A stretch of DNA of 64,000 bases, taken from IMG/VR virus record IMGVR_UViG_3300015371_000003, positions 1-64,000 of that record, one strand, 5' to 3'. Below the pieces are notes generated by a model. That model was given only the letters and a program-made list of their open reading frames with translations, did no database searches and was not told where the DNA came from. The translations under genes were made by a program, and so were the position numbers. This DNA comes from a virus. Of the stretch, positions 19,701-29,067 are shown one piece after another (the stretch's first letter is position 1; every line of letters starts with the position of its first letter).

Positions 19701-21289
19701 CCATTAGCGACAACTCCGGGTGGAGTTACGCCTATCTGAACGGCGCGACGGTCAAGATTCGGGACTGCCGCTTCTTTAAATGCGGGCGGTTCAATCTCTA
19801 CTCCGTCAACAATGCGGTCGTGGCGTTTGATCGCAACGAGTATGGCGACACGAATCTCTGCAAGGCGGAAGGTCCAGCAGACAAGGCCGAAGCCTTCTTT
19901 ACAGAGCAGGGGAATTCCACCGCCGCCAAATCCTTCACCGGTAATCGGGTGACACGAGGGACGGCGATTCTTGGCTCCCCCAATTGGACGGTCGGCGGAA
20001 AAGGTCAATCGAACTACACCGCAGGGCGTCGGGTGGGCATTTCCGTTCTTGGAGACGGGAGTGTCGTCAGCTACAACTATTCTCGTGTGACCACGGATGT
20101 CACACCACAGGAAGGGTACTGGTCCCAAGTCGGCAACTACGGCCCCTTCGGTCCCAAGGTCAAGGTGTTCCGGAACATCATTCGCGGCGGGCATTGGCCG
20201 GTGAGTGGGCTGGACGGCGAGCTATACGAGAACGTCATCAGCGAAGCGCAGGGGCACGATTGGATCCGCATTGGCAAGGGCGGCAAGAATCACCACAATC
20301 TCCTGATCAAGCCCTATGCAGCGTTCGCGCAGTATGGCGAACCCTACGGGCTGGCGTCGGCCATCGGGCTGTATCAGGACGGCAACGAACTGGCGAGTTG
20401 GAACCTCACGATTGACGCGAGAGGTAAGGACGGTCCGTCACAGGCGTTAGCGGTGGTCAAGGGAGCCAAGGCGTTGAGTTGGCGCAACATCGTGGTCTAT
20501 CGTCTCAGACTCGGCAACAACGGCTGTCCACAGGGGGCGGGCTGTACGAGTGCGGTCGGCGGATCGGATGAAGGCTCCATGAATCCTCCACCGGAACGTC
20601 TCGACTATGCTGATTACAACTGCCACTACTTCGAACCGGGGTCTGACCGCACGGTGGTCTACAACTTGGCCGTACCGGGGAAGACACTCGGTCAACCGGG
20701 GTATGGCGGGCACGATCTGGGCACGCTCAATGGTCCCGGTCCCGATCCCCGATTTCGGGGACCACTGCCCATTGGGACCGGACAGGCGGGCGTGCCGAGT
20801 CCCAATGACGGAGGATTCCCGTTCAACGAAGACGACATTCTCAATGGCACGTATTCGGTGGCGGATCTGTGTGATTACTTCTTCGGCATCTACGCTCCGG
20901 CTCCGGATTCTCCGCTGAAGGGGAAGCAGGATCCGCAGGATGGGGCGGGGGATATCGGAGCGTCACAGTTGTCGAAGCTGCCCCCCACGGTTCCGGCGAT
21001 TATCACCACGAACAAGCCGCCGATGGTCTATGCGGGTCCGTCGTTCACACTGCCGAAGGGCACCATCTGCTATCTGACCGGGTGGGCAGCAGACGACGGA
21101 CTGCCCAACAACCTGTTGTCGGTGGCGTGGAACAAAGTGTCCGGGCCGGGGACGGTGACGTTTGCAGATGCACAACGCGCCAACACCACCGCCACGTTCA
21201 GTGCTCCGGGGGAATATGTGCTCCGGTTGACGGCGGATGACGGGGATCTGGCTCGCATGAGTGATTGCCGCATCAACGTGTTAGCATAG
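16757..21289 (+). CDS. large multidomain polysaccharide-lyase-like protein (PKD-like, heparinase II/III-like, beta-helix, PKD-like)
   Basis: N-terminal FWGDG...THVY.....TLRVTA.D; SNYW.GH; HWRTGW...LIFRCG...GHVDIYRG.DYLL; C-terminal ADDGLP...W..VSGPG.VTF...GEYVLRLTADDG. Confidence 0.65.
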   Translation: MAKKKSTPVVRLTVPTGGGIVGVPYTVKLSISDKDNDLKSGSLFWGDGVADTWQEVPPTELTHVYTTAKTFTLRVTALDKQGGQGVATADIVVKLAEPIPEPPEPITGARLYLTPSVEAAVTKKRQAGDSDWQQCQRAADVYQLKLPPWVRVISATNSNPVRLQTDAPLPWKPGTTTICYIVGATGSWAAINNNPPKGAWTATASADGTASFTIPVDATTFGPLQGTLTVWVYGNLSSEYLDYGQSADQWWDAAFTLSLCYRQTTLVPYQAAVMRFFDWWCALGVAGLDAPVSQDSGRGSFGVQPAVTTVYDWLYAQLSEAQRTAAVTALNRWNAWTDKNGESRHSATSNYWEGHQLAFLQTGYATQDENSQAEAWLTLAEQDWQSDFVPFFLPPQPGQQIYGSNEGFYYSGTAVSGFNYGGNDIARHVQRMFLIKSATGGDTPDGIDYATRWVRNLFYQLRPDRWKAPTHGQWTGDMTGVMKYNDAIFLSAYLAGQQEGKWVQWYLQHSGVNAPNIPPGAKAFADGSTEYKWRLLFYDPDRPAEDYTQTLPPYFFADGGEPAVHWRTGWDEKAISLIFRCGPGLYNGSLSKQGGHVDIYRGTDYLLVQSNYFKGTTDGLSGVPHSGDLSNALANTLDFYDDATICYPRNYPYVGCQMLGGKYRTPLVRLTRESMYAENEFASAYDSQGASKNRTLKYWFRTTVSFGQETVIWDRVKSTKPTHRKVLPWHLPGTTPTEVSAAAVDTSIGASRLRVVPITSHGAVRAIQRNQVQGVDGNWRVEITDQNPHEEFTCLTAMLAQATGAVDIPVMVLDSDPTVVAVQVGQRVIVLPVGATELPDGTFESLRVETVAFTSTHGGDATYLIGGLKPGHYVIQGALNQEIDVPADGVATFTAKAGSFVIGTGAGPIPPDPEPPNGDVDWTSDLVLAYGQTFELIGTPTARKVLKANGHHIAVDGGGSWNGILQLDHADIYDLGSTSYFAISDNSGWSYAYLNGATVKIRDCRFFKCGRFNLYSVNNAVVAFDRNEYGDTNLCKAEGPADKAEAFFTEQGNSTAAKSFTGNRVTRGTAILGSPNWTVGGKGQSNYTAGRRVGISVLGDGSVVSYNYSRVTTDVTPQEGYWSQVGNYGPFGPKVKVFRNIIRGGHWPVSGLDGELYENVISEAQGHDWIRIGKGGKNHHNLLIKPYAAFAQYGEPYGLASAIGLYQDGNELASWNLTIDARGKDGPSQALAVVKGAKALSWRNIVVYRLRLGNNGCPQGAGCTSAVGGSDEGSMNPPPERLDYADYNCHYFEPGSDRTVVYNLAVPGKTLGQPGYGGHDLGTLNGPGPDPRFRGPLPIGTGQAGVPSPNDGGFPFNEDDILNGTYSVADLCDYFFGIYAPAPDSPLKGKQDPQDGAGDIGASQLSKLPPTVPAIITTNKPPMVYAGPSFTLPKGTICYLTGWAADDGLPNNLLSVAWNKVSGPGTVTFADAQRANTTATFSAPGEYVLRLTADDGDLARMSDCRINVLA

Positions 21290-21293
21290 ATCG

Positions 21294-21449
21294 ATGTTGC
21301 CCGAAGAATGGATTCTTCTGAGTTTCGGGTTAGGAGCCGGGTTTTTCTTCGGATTCGTGGTAGGGTGGTTGACGCATCGGTGGTGGCGGCGTCGGCAACG
21401 CGCCAAGTATGGGATGCCGTCTGACTCTCTCGGACGGCGCTATCAGTAG
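21294..21449 (+). CDS. small single-TM membrane protein (not in ORF track)
   Basis: MLPEEWILLSFGLGAGFFFGFVVGWLTHRWWRRRQR: TM helix followed by an Arg cluster. Confidence 0.6.
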   Translation: MLPEEWILLSFGLGAGFFFGFVVGWLTHRWWRRRQRAKYGMPSDSLGRRYQ

Positions 21450-21524
21450 ATGCTGCAACCAATTGCAGGGGTTGACAAACCCTTAGGGCTGTGCTAGACT
21501 AAGGAAAGCTCAGGGAGGAGCCGA

Positions 21525-23628
21525 ATGAACACCAAGCAGATGAATTCTGCCCAAGCTGTAGGCGCACCGATCTGGAAGGTGACACGGTTTTGTTGTACCT
21601 CCGGTCAGTGCGTGGACTGCAAGCAGCGGGGCAACCTGTACGGGGATCGGTCCAAGCGCAAGCGCATCACGCATGCGGATAACCTCAATAAAGCCGTGGC
21701 CGATACGATGGCGCGGAACTGGCGGTCGTATGACGCCGAAGCGGAGTTGATGTGAGTCCCCGCGAAGCCCTACAGGAGCGGATTGCCGACTGGTTACAGG
21801 TGCGGAGTCGCACGTTTACGGCCCCCTACGGTATTCTGACGGGGCTGCACACTATCGGCAAGGCCAAGGTGCGGACGATTACCTTCGGCATTGCCCGGAC
21901 ACTCGACGCTGAACTGCTGATCTGGGGCGAGAAGCGGCTGGATCTGCGGACTTCACGTGGCAATGAGCGGTTTCGGTCGGAGCGGGAATTTTACGACTAT
22001 GCGGTGCGCTTCTATGGCGCTCCGGCGGAGGTCGCGTGATGTTGCAGCACATCAAAACGGAGAAGCGGGATTACTGGCGAAAAATGCCCACGTATAATCG
22101 GCGGCAGCGGCAACAATTCCGGATCCAGATGGCCGAGGAACGGGTGTTCAACGCAAAGCTGGCAGAGATGCGACAGCAAGTTCCCCGGAACCTGTATGCC
22201 GAAGCGAAAATCTTCGGAGAGTTTCAGGCGAAGCGGGAGTTGAAGTCGCTTGGCGTCCAGTACTGGACGGCGTGGTACGCGGCACGGCAGGCGGCAGGCG
22301 CATTGCTCACGGAAGCCGAAGCGATGGGCCTGACGGCGGAACAAATCGAACGACTAAGGGCCAAGGCCGCTGATGTGGCCTACGACTGAGGTAATCCATG
22401 ACGACGCATGAACTAGCGCGACAACTACTCGCAGGCCCGGATGAACCGGTCTACGTCGTCAACGAGGATGATGTGGCTCCGGAACCGGTGCAGAAGCTGG
22501 AATCTCTCGCGGCGGGCGAGTGGACGCACCACTATACGAATCAACCACTGGACAACGACGCCAGCGGCAATCCTCTACCAGAGCACTACACGGTTGTGCT
22601 GGCATGACGAGAGAACAATTGGTTGCTGAAGTGCGGCGTCTGGTCCAACAGAAAGTCCGCACGCCAGAGGATTGTGATCCGGTCACAGACCGCATCGTCA
22701 GTTTGCTGGATGACTACGTGGCTGAAGCTATTGAAGCCACGTGTGCGGCGGTTGTGTCGGAAGCTGAGAAGCTGATGACCCAGAAGCTGGCATGATTGAT
22801 GGTCCTTCGCAAACGGTCATTGACGTTTCTGCCGTTGCGGTGCTCCGTCTGTGGGCATGAGTGGAACATTCCGTTCTATCTCCCGCAAGCCACGGATGAA
22901 GTGCTGACGATCATGAAATCGGCGCTCAAAACCGGGTGTCCGCAGTGCGGAGCGACGGGCGAAGAAATCGGACTTGGGTCACGGGAGACGGAATCCAAAT
23001 GAGTGTCAGGAACCGCCGCGTCATACGTCTCTGGAATAGTGGGGGACAGGTCAAACGGCGCGTGTTGGTGACGCGACGGAGAAAACGACGGTGCCACTGA
23101 CCGAAGAACAATTGATTGCGTTGGGGTATCGGCCCCGCACGCTGCCCGGTTGGATCTTTTGGTTGTGGTATTGGAGTCCTCTGGCTCGGTGGTGGAAGGA
23201 GAAGCGGCGATGACGAAGGGACGGTGTTTCGTGTGTCTGGGGGAAGGCAATCACGTCAGCGAGATGACGGATGGTCTGACCAATCATCTCGTGTGTGATG
23301 GGTGCCGGGAACTGGTCACGCCGTTCTTCTACATCTACGGCAGTCTGTCGAAAGCGGTGTCCGAAGCGGCACAGGCGAAGCGCGGCCCTGATGCCGTGAT
23401 CAAGGGAGAACTGGTATGACGATGCCCCCGGAGAATCCAGCCAAGGTGACGGTTCTACCCGAAGACGATAAGCAGGCCATTGAAGCCCTGAAAGGGGCGT
23501 TGAAAGAAATGGCCGAGAAGGTGCAATTTCTCGTGGATCTGCTGGACAACAAAGGGTTGTTGGAGGAGCACGCCTTCGAATTTCCAGACGGCGATATCTG
23601 GAAGTCCAAGGATGTAGAACCAGTATGA
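21525..23628 (+). other. operon of small hypothetical genes (21525-21755, 21752-22039, 22036-22389, 22398-22607, 22604-22795, 22799-23002 Zn-ribbon, 23210-23419, 23416-23628)
   Basis: Promoter at 21472; ATGA/GTGA-coupled ORFs. Confidence 0.6.
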
Positions 23629-24092
23629 AACTCGATGACATGCACCTGTTGGACGAGTGCTTTACCCACATTCCCGATGATGGCGGGCCGCACGTGACTT
23701 ACAACGTCACGAAGCTGGTCACGCACATCGAAGCCCACCGGGATCAGGTGCAACTGGTGAGCGTGCCGGTGGATGAGGAACATGCTCGCTACTGCTTGGA
23801 GAATAGGGGGATCGAGCAGGATCGGATTCGGATTTTACTGGCCCACCCTGATTACCTCAAACAGCCGGTGGTGTTTCTCCACAAGGCGGAGGAGGATTCG
23901 CATTTGCTGGTGGATGGTTCTCACCGCTATGTGATTTACTGGCACCTCAAGATGTCGATTATCCCGGCCTACATTGTGCCGTGGGAGATGGCGCAGCCGT
24001 TTATCATCGAAGATGCTCCTCAAACGGATGAGAAGGTCATCATGTCGTGGTCGGGGTTGTCGGCGCTCCGGCAGTTTCGGGATCGGAACTGA
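23625..24092 (+). CDS. ParB/Srx-like N-terminal domain protein
   Basis: QPVVFL...HLLVDGSHRY...IPAYIV. Confidence 0.65.
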   Translation: MKLDDMHLLDECFTHIPDDGGPHVTYNVTKLVTHIEAHRDQVQLVSVPVDEEHARYCLENRGIEQDRIRILLAHPDYLKQPVVFLHKAEEDSHLLVDGSHRYVIYWHLKMSIIPAYIVPWEMAQPFIIEDAPQTDEKVIMSWSGLSALRQFRDRN

Positions 24093-24422
24093 TGAAAACC
24101 TCCTTCGAAATGCTCGAAAAGCAAGCCAAAGAGTTGACTGATAGAGTGGTAGGCATGCTTGCGATTGCTAAATCTGATGATCAAGATATCAGGGATATTG
24201 CCCGCAACTTTGCGGAGGTGATCATTCTCGGGGTGCTGGTGGAGGTTTTCTTCGACGGCAAACGAGAAGGCGTAGAGCACGTGCAGCTTCAGCTTCTGCC
24301 CAAGGATGTTCATTGATTTGGCAATTGATTGCAGCGACAACTAAATTTACTTGACGGTGATCTAACCCCTTCCATATTGTGATATGGTGTGCGCGGGGCA
24401 AAATTTTTTGGGAGGGTGGTGT

Positions 24423-25112
24423 ATGAGACGAACACGACTCGGCGTGGCGCTTGGATTGTTGATGATGATGCTGGTTCCTCTGACGGCGCGAGCCGCGTCG
24501 GTGACGTTCGTGCTGAATCTCGAATTCAGCGGAGGCGGCACGCCTTCAGGGTTCCCGTCCGTGACGCTGACCGATATCTCACTGGGTACGGTGCAGATGA
24601 CGGCTACGTCGAATCTGTCGGGAACCGAATTCATCGATGACTTGTTCCTGAACAGCACCATTCTGCCCACGAGCGTGACCTACAACTCGGGCGCACAGGC
24701 GAACAGCGTGTCGGTGACGGCTGACAGCTTCAAGGCTGATGGGGATGGCTTCTTCGACATTCTGTTGGACTATCCGCCGCCGCCCGGAAATTCTCCGAAT
24801 CAGTTTGGGGCGGGTGTGGTGTCGGTCTATACATTCAGCGCAGTCGGATTGACTTCCGGGGCGTTCAACGTCGCCAGTTCCTGCGGGCAGGGTTGTGGCA
24901 ACGGGGGCTATTTTGCCGCCGCCCACGTGCAGAGCATTGCGATTCCCGGTCAGGCTGACAGCGGCTGGATTGGTGATGGCAACGGCGGCACGGGGGATTG
25001 CGTCGGCTGCACGCCTAATCCGACCGGCACGACGGTTCCTGAACCGGCGAGTCTCGTGCTGCTTGGCAGCGGGTTGGTAGCGATGGTGCGTCAGGTGAAG
25101 CGGCGGAAGTAA
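24423..25112 (+). CDS. PEP-CTERM surface protein
   Basis: Signal peptide (ARA-AS), S/G/T-rich body, VPEPASLVLLGSGLVAMVRQVKRRK. Confidence 0.92.
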   Translation: MRRTRLGVALGLLMMMLVPLTARAASVTFVLNLEFSGGGTPSGFPSVTLTDISLGTVQMTATSNLSGTEFIDDLFLNSTILPTSVTYNSGAQANSVSVTADSFKADGDGFFDILLDYPPPPGNSPNQFGAGVVSVYTFSAVGLTSGAFNVASSCGQGCGNGGYFAAAHVQSIAIPGQADSGWIGDGNGGTGDCVGCTPNPTGTTVPEPASLVLLGSGLVAMVRQVKRRK

Positions 25113-25175
25113 CAGAGTTGCTGGTGGGGCAACCGTGGCGGCGACGGTGACGCCGTAGAGGAGAGGGAAGTATTT

Positions 25176-25829
25176 ATGCGACGAGTCTTGTGCGCGGTGA
25201 TGGTAGCAGCAGCGATGCTGGCGGCTCAGGCGGCTTCGGCCAACACGATTCTGGTCTTCGGACAGAACGGCGGCGGCAACATCTTCTTCGGAGATGAGAC
25301 GGCGGGCATTACGCATCTGCAAGCCACAAACATCCCGCTGACGATCACGACGCTGAACGAGACAGCCGTCTCGCTGAATGCGTTCCTGAATCTGGCGGCA
25401 AACAGTACGGCGGCGGTGAATTGTATCGCCACCCTGTGTACGCAGCCTTACAGTGGGAATTTCCAGATCACGTCCGCGCAGAACGGGGGAGGGACCAATT
25501 ACCTGTCAGGCGTGTTTAGTGGGACCGATCTGGGCATCCTCGGAGGGACGCAGTACGTGCTCGGTGCGACACAGCCGCCGGGATCCCTGTCGTTCACGTC
25601 GAGTGTGCCGGGACTGCCCACCAGCATTCCGACTGCGATGTCTCTCGGGCTGACGAACGTGTCTCCGGGCGTGGGGATTTCGAACAATTCGTTTGCCGAT
25701 TTCAATTCCAACGTGGCAGGCACGTTCTCGGCGTTTCCGGCTTCGACAGTGCCGGAACCGGCGAGTCTGTTGCTCCTCGGCACTGGATTGGCGGCAGCAG
25801 CACGGAAGTTGCGGAAGCGTCGGCAGTAA
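25176..25829 (+). CDS. PEP-CTERM surface protein
   Basis: Signal peptide (ASA-NT), VPEPASLLLLGTGLAAAARKLRKRRQ. Confidence 0.92.
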   Translation: MRRVLCAVMVAAAMLAAQAASANTILVFGQNGGGNIFFGDETAGITHLQATNIPLTITTLNETAVSLNAFLNLAANSTAAVNCIATLCTQPYSGNFQITSAQNGGGTNYLSGVFSGTDLGILGGTQYVLGATQPPGSLSFTSSVPGLPTSIPTAMSLGLTNVSPGVGISNNSFADFNSNVAGTFSAFPASTVPEPASLLLLGTGLAAAARKLRKRRQ

Positions 25830-25833
25830 CTGG

Positions 25834-25864
25834 ACGGGGTGGGAGCAATCCCACCCTCGTTTTC
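25834..25864 (+). terminator. intrinsic terminator
   Basis: GGGTGGGA-gcaa-TCCCACCC followed by tcgtttt. Confidence 0.8.
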
Positions 25865-25931
25865 TCCCAAGGAGTGGGGTGCAATCGTGTGCAGTTGACA
25901 AATCACTGTTTAATGTGCCATACTGAAGGGT

Positions 25932-26090
25932 ATGGATCTGACCACGGCATTGCTGGCGGCGGGGCTGGTGCGAGTTGTCGCGCAGGATGGATCGGTCTGG
26001 TGGACTCGTCCGCAGCATGCGGCGTCCATCGCGGCGTCCACAGGGGCACAGGTACTCCCGGCTGATCGGCCCCATGTTGACAAATCCTGA
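25932..26090 (+). CDS. small leaderless hypothetical protein (not in ORF track)
   Basis: ATG 7 nt after CATACT; ends VDKS inside the next promoter. Confidence 0.55.
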   Translation: MDLTTALLAAGLVRVVAQDGSVWWTRPQHAASIAASTGAQVLPADRPHVDKS

Positions 26091-26111
26091 GGAACGTGCG
26101 ATACTATTTGA

Positions 26112-26372
26112 ACTGGAGGTGAGCCGATGAGACGTTAGACGGGCGCTCCGATTGACCGTGATTCGATCCTGTTGTGGGGTCACGGGATGAGAGCCAAACA
26201 AGCGCAACGGGCCGGTGCTTCTGCTTTCCCTACGGGCGGCGGGTGAGGCATCGGGTGAAGAACCGCCCTCGACAACCAGTCCGTGACGGCCACCCATACG
26301 GACGGGCGATTAGCAGAGTGGCGGCTGAACAGGGGGACAGCTTGATATTCCCCCGCAACCAATGGAGTGGCA
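26112..26372 (+). ncRNA. candidate structured ncRNA or long leader
   Basis: Follows promoter 26077; no convincing ORF; several hairpins. Confidence 0.35.
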
Positions 26373-26377
26373 AGGCG

Positions 26378-26590
26378 ATGAACGACGGTGATGCACGGTG
26401 CCCCAAATGCGGGAGCACGTTCACGATTGACCCAGACGCCGAGACGGACGTGATGATGGTTCCGACCTACATCACCAAGAGCAATCCTCCGTATACCGTG
26501 CGGCAGCGGGCGGGCGTCGTGGCGTTCTGCAATGGGTGTGAGTTTGTGCATCCTATCGATCCAGCCTACCTGAAAGGCAAGGCGGCATGA
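26378..26590 (+). CDS. Zn-ribbon protein
   Basis: CPKCG...FCNGCE. Confidence 0.6.
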   Translation: MNDGDARCPKCGSTFTIDPDAETDVMMVPTYITKSNPPYTVRQRAGVVAFCNGCEFVHPIDPAYLKGKAA

Positions 26591-26750
26591 AGGCGAAGTC
26601 TGGGCCTCCTTCGCGTCCGTTGACGTGGGGGATCGTGTGGCGGATGGCGATTATCTGCGGGTGGTGGTCCGCTATTGTCGTGGCGGTTTGGTGGTGGCTT
26701 CGCTTCTTCTCGCAGACAGCGGTGGGAGAGTTGCTCCTGAGTATCTGGCG

Positions 26751-27230
26751 ATGATGAAGCGCATTATCGCAGGGGTACTGGTCGTGCTGGTCGCTGGAAG
26801 TGGTATCCCGGCATCGGCACAGGACACGGGTTCAAGTCAGGATACGTGTGCGTGGACCAAGGAACATCATCTGGTGGATTTGCTCGGGGTGTGCCCCGTG
26901 CCACCGCCACCTCCACCGCCACCGGAGTACAAGTTCTTCAGTCCCACCCTTCAAGGCGTGGGCGTGGTGTCCATCCTCGTCGGTGGGGCGCTTATCATCG
27001 GACAGGGGCAGACTTACAGCATTCTCGGGGACAAATACTGCGTGACGGAGTACGCGGTGGATTACGGGTCTTGTTACGATCCGACATTGGCAAGGATTGG
27101 GTTGTATACCATCTCAGCCGGGGTTATGATGATCTTAATCGGGCATCATCGTGTGTTGGTGACGCCCACGGTGAGTCAGGCCCAGAAAAGCGTGACGGCC
27201 ACCGTACGGTGGGGCGGGAAACGGAAGTGA
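26751..27230 (+). CDS. exported/membrane protein with poly-Pro linker
   Basis: Signal peptide (ASA-QD), PPPPPPPPE, two hydrophobic segments. Confidence 0.6.
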   Translation: MMKRIIAGVLVVLVAGSGIPASAQDTGSSQDTCAWTKEHHLVDLLGVCPVPPPPPPPPEYKFFSPTLQGVGVVSILVGGALIIGQGQTYSILGDKYCVTEYAVDYGSCYDPTLARIGLYTISAGVMMILIGHHRVLVTPTVSQAQKSVTATVRWGGKRK

Positions 27231-27480
27231 GTGGTGATCAGCGAGAAACGGCTTGATCAAATGATCGTGGCGGCGTCGGCCCTCGGGTGGAGTCCGCCCG
27301 TGCCGGAGGCGTTGTGGCCGGAGACGTTTGAACGAGACGGACGGACGTGGACGAAAGAAAGCCTGACTGTGGCAGAGCGGATCAACGAGGTGCAGTGCGG
27401 AGAGTATTGCTCCGGCGACGATTGGCTCATTGTCTATAACGAGTGATCTGGTGCAATTGATTGCCACGGAGGGCAGACAG

Positions 27481-27825
27481 ATGGCGCTTCAGAAAATTGT
27501 CAGTTTCGGCTTCAAGCATGACGATGATCCGGACGATGCCCCCGGCGTGGTGGTGATTGACGTGCGACGGCTGTTCCGCAACCCCCATCGGGATCGGTCC
27601 CTGCGGTATAAGACGGGGCTGGATCCAGCGGTGCAGGCGGACGTGCGAAAGACGCCGGAATTCCACGCCAAGTATCGGCACGTGCGGGATCAGGTCATGT
27701 CCCCCGGTGTCGAGGTGGCGTACATCGGTTGCACGGGCGGGCATCACCGGAGTGTGTTTTTGGCCCAGAAACTGGCCGAAGAACTAGGGGTTTTGGTGGA
27801 ACATCGGGATGTTGACAAACCCTGA
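27481..27825 (+). CDS. stand-alone RapZ/YvcJ C-terminal domain protein
   Basis: IVSFGFKH...DVR.LFRNP...TGLDP.V...IGCTGGHHRSV. Confidence 0.85.
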   Translation: MALQKIVSFGFKHDDDPDDAPGVVVIDVRRLFRNPHRDRSLRYKTGLDPAVQADVRKTPEFHAKYRHVRDQVMSPGVEVAYIGCTGGHHRSVFLAQKLAEELGVLVEHRDVDKP

Positions 27826-27885
27826 GATTGGTGCTATACTGGTATTGTAAGTCGGAATTGTGAAGCCCATAGGAGGGGCACCCAG

Positions 27886-28920
27886 ATGGCACTTCTCGAA
27901 TCGGTCAGCAAACTTCAGTCGCTTCTTTCGGTGCTCGGTGCGTCGGACGCCAAATTCGCGGCGGACCTCATTGCCTCGTTCAAGAAGTACGGCAACCTGA
28001 CCCCGAAGCAGGCTCCGTGGATCGACAAGCTGATCGCCCGTGCGGAGGCTCCGAAGCCTCAGGCGGCGGCTCCGGTGAACGTCGGCGGCTTCGCGGGCGT
28101 CCTTGCCCTGTTCAACGCGGCGAAGGCCCATCTCAAGTTCCCGAAGGTTCGTCTGGTGGTCGGCGGCGTCAAGGTGACGCTCTCCCTGAACGGCCCGAAG
28201 TCGAAGAACCCCGGTTTTGTCTCCATCTCCGGCGAAGGCGTCTATCCGAATCGCAGCTACTACGGGCGCGTCTCTCCTGAGGGGACGTTCACACCCGCCC
28301 AAGCGACCTACGGGGCGTTTCTGACGGCCCTGACGACGGTTCTAACGGACCTGTCGAGCAATCCCGCCCGTGTCGCCAAAGAGCACGGCAAGCTGACCGG
28401 CAATTGCTGCTTTTGCAATAAGGTGCTCGGTCTGGGCAAGGAACAGCGGTCGGTTCTCGTGGGCTTCGGCCCGGATTGCGCGGAGCACTACGGCCTGAAG
28501 GCGGAGTGGCTGGCGGCGGCGGAGAAGGCGGAGGCGAAAGCCTCCGTCGCCCCTTCAGTGACGACGGTGACTCCGAAGTCTCAGGCACAGGTGATGATCG
28601 ACACGGCGGCGGCAACTCTGCCGGTGACTTCGCAGGCGGTGATGGCCGCAAAGCTGGCGGCGAATCCTTCGGAGAACCCCTACTCAGCCGATGAGCAGGC
28701 GGTGTCTCCGGTGCAGGCGGTGGCGGACGCGAAGCTGGCGGAGAAGGCTCAGGTGGAGGCACTGGCGGCGGAGCTACAGGAGTTTGGGGAGCCGGTGCTG
28801 TCGGACGCCCAGATTGCGGCGGGTCCGGAGACGTGCTTCTTTTGTGAGGCGTCTACGTTCTTTTTCAAGAAGCTGAACGACTACGTGGTGTGCGCCGAGT
28901 GCGCCAAGCAATTGGCGTGA
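27886..28920 (+). CDS. DUF6011-like Zn-binding protein
   Basis: HGKLTGNCCFCNK.L....RSV.VGFGPDCA. Confidence 0.65.
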   Translation: MALLESVSKLQSLLSVLGASDAKFAADLIASFKKYGNLTPKQAPWIDKLIARAEAPKPQAAAPVNVGGFAGVLALFNAAKAHLKFPKVRLVVGGVKVTLSLNGPKSKNPGFVSISGEGVYPNRSYYGRVSPEGTFTPAQATYGAFLTALTTVLTDLSSNPARVAKEHGKLTGNCCFCNKVLGLGKEQRSVLVGFGPDCAEHYGLKAEWLAAAEKAEAKASVAPSVTTVTPKSQAQVMIDTAAATLPVTSQAVMAAKLAANPSENPYSADEQAVSPVQAVADAKLAEKAQVEALAAELQEFGEPVLSDAQIAAGPETCFFCEASTFFFKKLNDYVVCAECAKQLA

Positions 28921-29067
28921 AGGGAGGGATGATGGGAGACAAGGTGACGTTGCGTGTATCGCTACACGCAACCGCCCTTGAATTGTGGCTGAACGGCCAG
29001 TGCGTGGGGCGTATTCCTGCACAGCGGGTGCCCCCGGAGCATGATAAGGTAGTGCCGGAGGTATCAC

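Noticed and set aside
26127-26138. Stop-codon reassignment suggested by SD-MRR-TAG
   Set aside because: TAG ends genuine genes elsewhere (e.g. 3976, 21289), and read-through gives only a short featureless peptide.
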